Shown here: in pieces, positions 45,523 to 48,991 of the stretch | How positions within the stretch are numbered: position 1 is the first letter of the stretch | Layout of the letters: every line of letters starts with the position of its first letter | Source: a virus | Lineage: Duplodnaviria > Caudoviricetes | Virus record (IMG/VR): IMGVR_UViG_3300017658_000264 | Coordinates: 1 to 48,991 of that record | DNA length: 48,991 nucleotides | Reading direction: 5' to 3' (one strand) | Notes under the pieces: model-generated | Database searches by the model: none | What the model was told of the DNA's origin: nothing | Seen by the model: the letters and a program-made list of their open reading frames with translations, nothing else | Translations under genes and position numbers: made by a program

Positions 45523-46599
45523 CTATGCCGTGACCGCGAGCGATCGCTTTGGGGTGGATCGCAGCCAATTCTTCATGGGAATTTCGAAGAAGCGGTAGAT
45601 AACGTAGCTCATGAGGAAGGTCCCGCCAGCGAAGGCGGCTATCCGCAACGCAAAAGGTCCAATCCAAGACACGTTCTGATAGACGAACCAGTGGGATAAA
45701 TAGATGGAATAGCTGAGGTTCCCAAGCAGGCGTGCGGTAGGGACAACGGCGAGCGGTAGCGAACTGGAGTAGGCGAAGAAGACTGCTGCGGAAGCGATAG
45801 CGCTCAGCGCAATGTATGCCGCCCCTCCCTCGAAAAGGTTCATCGGGAAGATTGGCGTAAACAGGGATATTGCTCCCACGAGGATGATCGAAACCACCCA
45901 TCCGTGTTGCCACTCGGCGTTTCGCGCCCTGAAAATTATGATGCCCGACAAGAAGAATGGCGCGAAGGTGAGGGGCATAGAGTATCGTCCCCAAAAATCC
46001 GGCGAGTCTGGGGCGTGAAGAGTAGCAATCGCTGTCTGCTGAGAGAATACAAGTGCAGCCAACACAAGAGCAAGCGTTGTCACGCGAGCCTTTGCGGTCA
46101 GAACGCAAACTACCGGGAACACCACGTAAAACGCCAGTTCAATCCCAAGTGACCATGCCCCGGGGGTATTTGACAGCGCGCCGGGCAGCTGTAGAAAAAA
46201 CAGGCCTGTGCCTGTAAAGAACGCCTTGGCAAGACTTTGATTGCCGTACCTGATTTGGAAATACACGAACGACAACGCGGCCATAAGCAGCAATAGAGGA
46301 ATGATCCTCGCAATTCTGTTGCGGTAGAACTCTCTCAGCGCATCCGGGCCTATACCGTCTTCGAAAGTCCTCGAATATCGGATCATCAATACGAGAGCCG
46401 AAAGAACGAAGAACATGTAGACCCCGAACATCGATACGCTCTGAAGGTCGTATTTTGTCGACCAGTAGATGAAGTGATAGGCGGCAACGCCAATGGCGCA
46501 CAGACCTCGCAGCAATTCGAGCGCGTAGAGTTTTTGATCCTTTATCGGCAACTGATAGTACCTCGGCGTTAATGTGCCCGCTTTACCACTGATCTGCAC
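45523..46599 (-). CDS. acyltransferase-3 family (OafA-like) membrane O-acyltransferase
   Basis: LRG.....V..YH, GV..FFVLS, FY.NR.ARI.P, WSL..E..FY, G.LSYS.YL.H and Y...E.P motifs; start uncertain. Confidence 0.9.
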   Translation of the reverse strand: MQISGKAGTLTPRYYQLPIKDQKLYALELLRGLCAIGVAAYHFIYWSTKYDLQSVSMFGVYMFFVLSALVLMIRYSRTFEDGIGPDALREFYRNRIARIIPLLLLMAALSFVYFQIRYGNQSLAKAFFTGTGLFFLQLPGALSNTPGAWSLGIELAFYVVFPVVCVLTAKARVTTLALVLAALVFSQQTAIATLHAPDSPDFWGRYSMPLTFAPFFLSGIIIFRARNAEWQHGWVVSIILVGAISLFTPIFPMNLFEGGAAYIALSAIASAAVFFAYSSSLPLAVVPTARLLGNLSYSIYLSHWFVYQNVSWIGPFALRIAAFAGGTFLMSYVIYRFFEIPMKNWLRSTPKRSLAVTA

Positions 46600-47011
46600 A
46601 ACCTGAAAGCGGGCCGGCAGGGACTTTCAGCCTTCTGTCGGCCCTAGCCTGACCCCGTCAGGGGGGGCGATGCTCGGCTGCCTCTCGATATATCAAATTG
46701 AGACCCGGGAACGCCTCGTATCGCTCAACCGGGTCCCCTCACGATCTTACGCAGTACCCACCGTGAGCGGTCCATCTTGCACCGCAAGCGGTTAGGTGGG
46801 CAATCCGCCCGACCGGCCTAGCCGCAAAAAAGCGGCCGGCAGACGAGTGGCTATCTGCCAGCCCAAACCGTCTGGAAGACTAGGAAACCAGACGGGCCTC
46901 GCTCTATAGCATAATCCAACCTCAAGGACATAACCATGCGCGTTCATGCTTCCGACTGCGGCCTGCATAACTTGCCGGCCAAGATGCCGATGGCTTGCGA
47001 TTGCGGGGTCG

Positions 47012-47296
47012 CTAAAGCCGACAGAGAAACCGCTCGATTGTCCGGTCGTTTCGGTTATATCCTCGGCGCGGCCCTTCGAAGTTCTGTTGAGTTATGGAAA
47101 ATGCGGTGGCTCTACGTAGATGAAAAGCTCGGAAGCCCCGTCCACTTCCTCCTGACAACTGCCACGCGCTTAATGTCAGATCGCCGTCATGGTCATAACC
47201 AACCAGATGGGGCTCCACGGTCCTAAGCGAGCCGTCATAGTAGAACGTGACGATCCTTCTTTCGGCAATGGCGCGGCAGGCGTCATTCTCGATCAT
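47012..47296 (-). CDS. stand-alone WYL-domain protein
   Basis: V.F.Y....R.VEP..., L.AW and R.F.L.R patterns. Confidence 0.7.
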   Translation of the reverse strand: MIENDACRAIAERRIVTFYYDGSLRTVEPHLVGYDHDGDLTLSAWQLSGGSGRGFRAFHLRRATAFSITQQNFEGPRRGYNRNDRTIERFLCRL

Positions 47297-47370
47297 GCTT
47301 CATCCCCCGTTTTCAGGATGATTCCACCAACTCGCCAAAGAGTCGAGTGACTTCCTAAAGGACAATTTCC

Positions 47371-48135
47371 ATGAATCGCGCAGCGTTTTACGTCAGCGTG
47401 CGAGCCCGCACGTCGGCAGTCTTCGGCACGTCTATCAGTCAGAGCCAGGTGCAGGGCGTCGAGGCCATCCTTGACGAAGCCGAGAAGCGAGGAACGCCGC
47501 TCCGGCAGCTCGCCTATATCCTCGCCACGGCCTACCACGAATCCGCCCACACCATGCAGGCGGTGAGGGAGACGCTCGCGACGACCGACGCGGGCGCCAT
47601 CGCCGCGCTGGAGAAGGCGTGGAAGGCCGGCAAGCTGACATGGGTGAAGACGCCGTACTGGCGCAAGGACGCTGACGGCAAGTCATGGTTCGGCCGTGGT
47701 CTCGTCCAGATCACCCACAAGGCGAACTATCAGAAGCTCGGCATGCTGATCGGCGTCGATCTGGTGAAAGACCCGTCGAAGGCGCTGGAGCTTTCCACGG
47801 CGGTTCAAATCCTCTTCACCGGGATGGAGCTTGGCAGCTTCACGGGGAAGGCTCTCGCGGATTACATCAGCGACGGCCGGGCCGATTACGTCGGCGCTCG
47901 GCGGATCGTGAACGGCACGGACAAGGCGGCGCTGATTGCCGGTTATGCCGAAGCATTCGAGCGAGCGCTGATTGCTGGCGGCTATACCGCGAAGGCGCCG
48001 CCTGCCGCCACCGAGCCCGCCCCAGCGCAGCCGAAGCCCACCGCCACCATCGAGCAAGGCCCGGTCCCTTCCGGCAACTGGCTCGCCGGCATCCTCGCCG
48101 TAATCCTCAATCTCGTGAAAGGATGGAAGAAATGA
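47371..48135 (+). CDS. endolysin (GH19/lysozyme-like)
   Basis: LAYILATAYHES, GRG.VQIT...NY and ARRIVNG.D motifs. Confidence 0.9.
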   Translation: MNRAAFYVSVRARTSAVFGTSISQSQVQGVEAILDEAEKRGTPLRQLAYILATAYHESAHTMQAVRETLATTDAGAIAALEKAWKAGKLTWVKTPYWRKDADGKSWFGRGLVQITHKANYQKLGMLIGVDLVKDPSKALELSTAVQILFTGMELGSFTGKALADYISDGRADYVGARRIVNGTDKAALIAGYAEAFERALIAGGYTAKAPPAATEPAPAQPKPTATIEQGPVPSGNWLAGILAVILNLVKGWKK

Positions 48136-48323
48136 CAGCCGTACTCGCGCGCATCGCATTGCGCTATCTCGCCGCCGCCCTCGTCACGGCCGGCTATCTC
48201 GATTCGGACCTCGGCCAGCAGATCGGCGCGGATCCCGATATTCTGATCCTCGTCGGCGGTGCTATCGGCCTGGCCGTCGAAATGGCCTACGCTGCAGCCA
48301 AGCGGCTCGGGTGGGCGACGTGA
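48132..48323 (+). CDS. putative holin
   Basis: 63 aa with two hydrophobic segments; ATGA overlap with the endolysin. Confidence 0.7.
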   Translation: MTAVLARIALRYLAAALVTAGYLDSDLGQQIGADPDILILVGGAIGLAVEMAYAAAKRLGWAT

Positions 48324-48598
48324 TCGGCCTCCTCGACGCCCTCAAGATCGGCGCCGGGGCGGTCCTCGGCGCTGCGCTCTTCGCCGGCCCAGCCTACCTC
48401 TACGGCGTCAAGGCCGGCAAAACGGCGGCTGCAACGGCTGCTCTGGAAAAGACCGTCGAACTCATCCAATCAAGGGAACGGACCAATGCGGAAATCTCTT
48501 CTGCTGATGCTGCCTCTCTGTGCGCTCATTTCGAGCTGCCAGACGCCGAACGCCTCGAATGCGTGCGCCGGGTGGCAGAGGCTTCAGCCCAACCTTGA
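48320..48598 (+). CDS. i-spanin (Rz-like)
   Basis: N-terminal TM segment, helical periplasmic part, two Cys. Confidence 0.7.
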   Translation: MIGLLDALKIGAGAVLGAALFAGPAYLYGVKAGKTAAATAALEKTVELIQSRERTNAEISSADAASLCAHFELPDAERLECVRRVAEASAQP

Positions 48599-48689
48599 GA
48601 CTTCGGTGATCATCGCCACCAAGGATCGGCCATTCGCCAATCAGGTGGCATCGCATAACAAGCATGGCAAGCAGGCAGGATGCTGGTAA
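48486..48689 (+). CDS. o-spanin lipoprotein (Rz1-like)
   Basis: Lipobox LISSC; overlaps the i-spanin out of frame. Confidence 0.75.
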   Translation: MRKSLLLMLPLCALISSCQTPNASNACAGWQRLQPNLETSVIIATKDRPFANQVASHNKHGKQAGCW

Positions 48690-48991
48690 TGACTCCATCG
48701 GATACGGACCCCGATCTTCGCAGCCGCATGGTGAGCGCGGAGCATACAATCCAGGGCAATAGTCAAAGACTGACCGCTCTAGAGGCTTGGCAGCGCCAGC
48801 GGGACATTGAAAGTGCGCGCTATGATGAGCGATGGAACGCTATGGATCACCGAATAGACGCGCGCTTCGCAGGGCTAGAACAATCCGTTGGCGACATAAA
48901 GACATCACTTTCCAGAATAAATTGGCTCATTCTTGGCGGGATCGTTTCCGGCATCATAGCCTTTATCGTCAGAGGTGGCCTTAGCGTCTAG
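48689..48991 (+). CDS. coiled-coil protein with C-terminal TM segment (XhlA-like)
   Basis: Coiled coil followed by WLILGGIVSGIIAFIV. Confidence 0.65.
   Translation: MTPSDTDPDLRSRMVSAEHTIQGNSQRLTALEAWQRQRDIESARYDERWNAMDHRIDARFAGLEQSVGDIKTSLSRINWLILGGIVSGIIAFIVRGGLSV

Noticed and set aside
46936-47226. 96-aa + strand ORF with AAGGA RBS
   Set aside because: Mostly overlaps the better-supported WYL gene in antisense; its first ~25 codons (HASDC..HN.P....CDCG) may be a gene remnant
43386-47370. Diversity-generating retroelement or invertible tail-fibre cassette
   Set aside because: No reverse transcriptase, recombinase or TR/VR repeat pair was seen
1-48991. Integrase, att sites, CRISPR array, IS elements
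   Set aside because: None recognisable; the integrase probably lies beyond the window edge

Overview
This window is a near-complete temperate, contractile-tailed phage or prophage genome with lambdoid organisation. The host is probably a Rhizobiales alphaproteobacterium, inferred from GapR- and GcrA-like genes and the high GC content. Order along the window: a leftward early arm (Lar-like, HD hydrolase, interrupted HNH, NinB, YqaJ exonuclease, ERF); a cI/cro switch with matching promoters and palindromic operators; a rightward early/replication arm (GapR-like, two GIY-YIG fusions, a split C5 DNA methyltransferase with a nested out-of-frame subunit, DUF1064, HNH, initiator, DnaA-C, GcrA-like, putative late regulator); an RNA cluster (tRNA-Gln and tRNA-Met flanked by two unrecognised structured elements that both end in CCA); packaging and head genes (portal fused to an Acb1-like 2H phosphoesterase, and a glycosyltransferase-like/methyltransferase fusion); tail genes interrupted by a moron/antirepressor island; baseplate and fibres; an antisense O-acyltransferase; a WYL protein; and a lysis cassette. 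No integrase or att site was recognised. All family calls come from motif recognition by eye, not from database searches.
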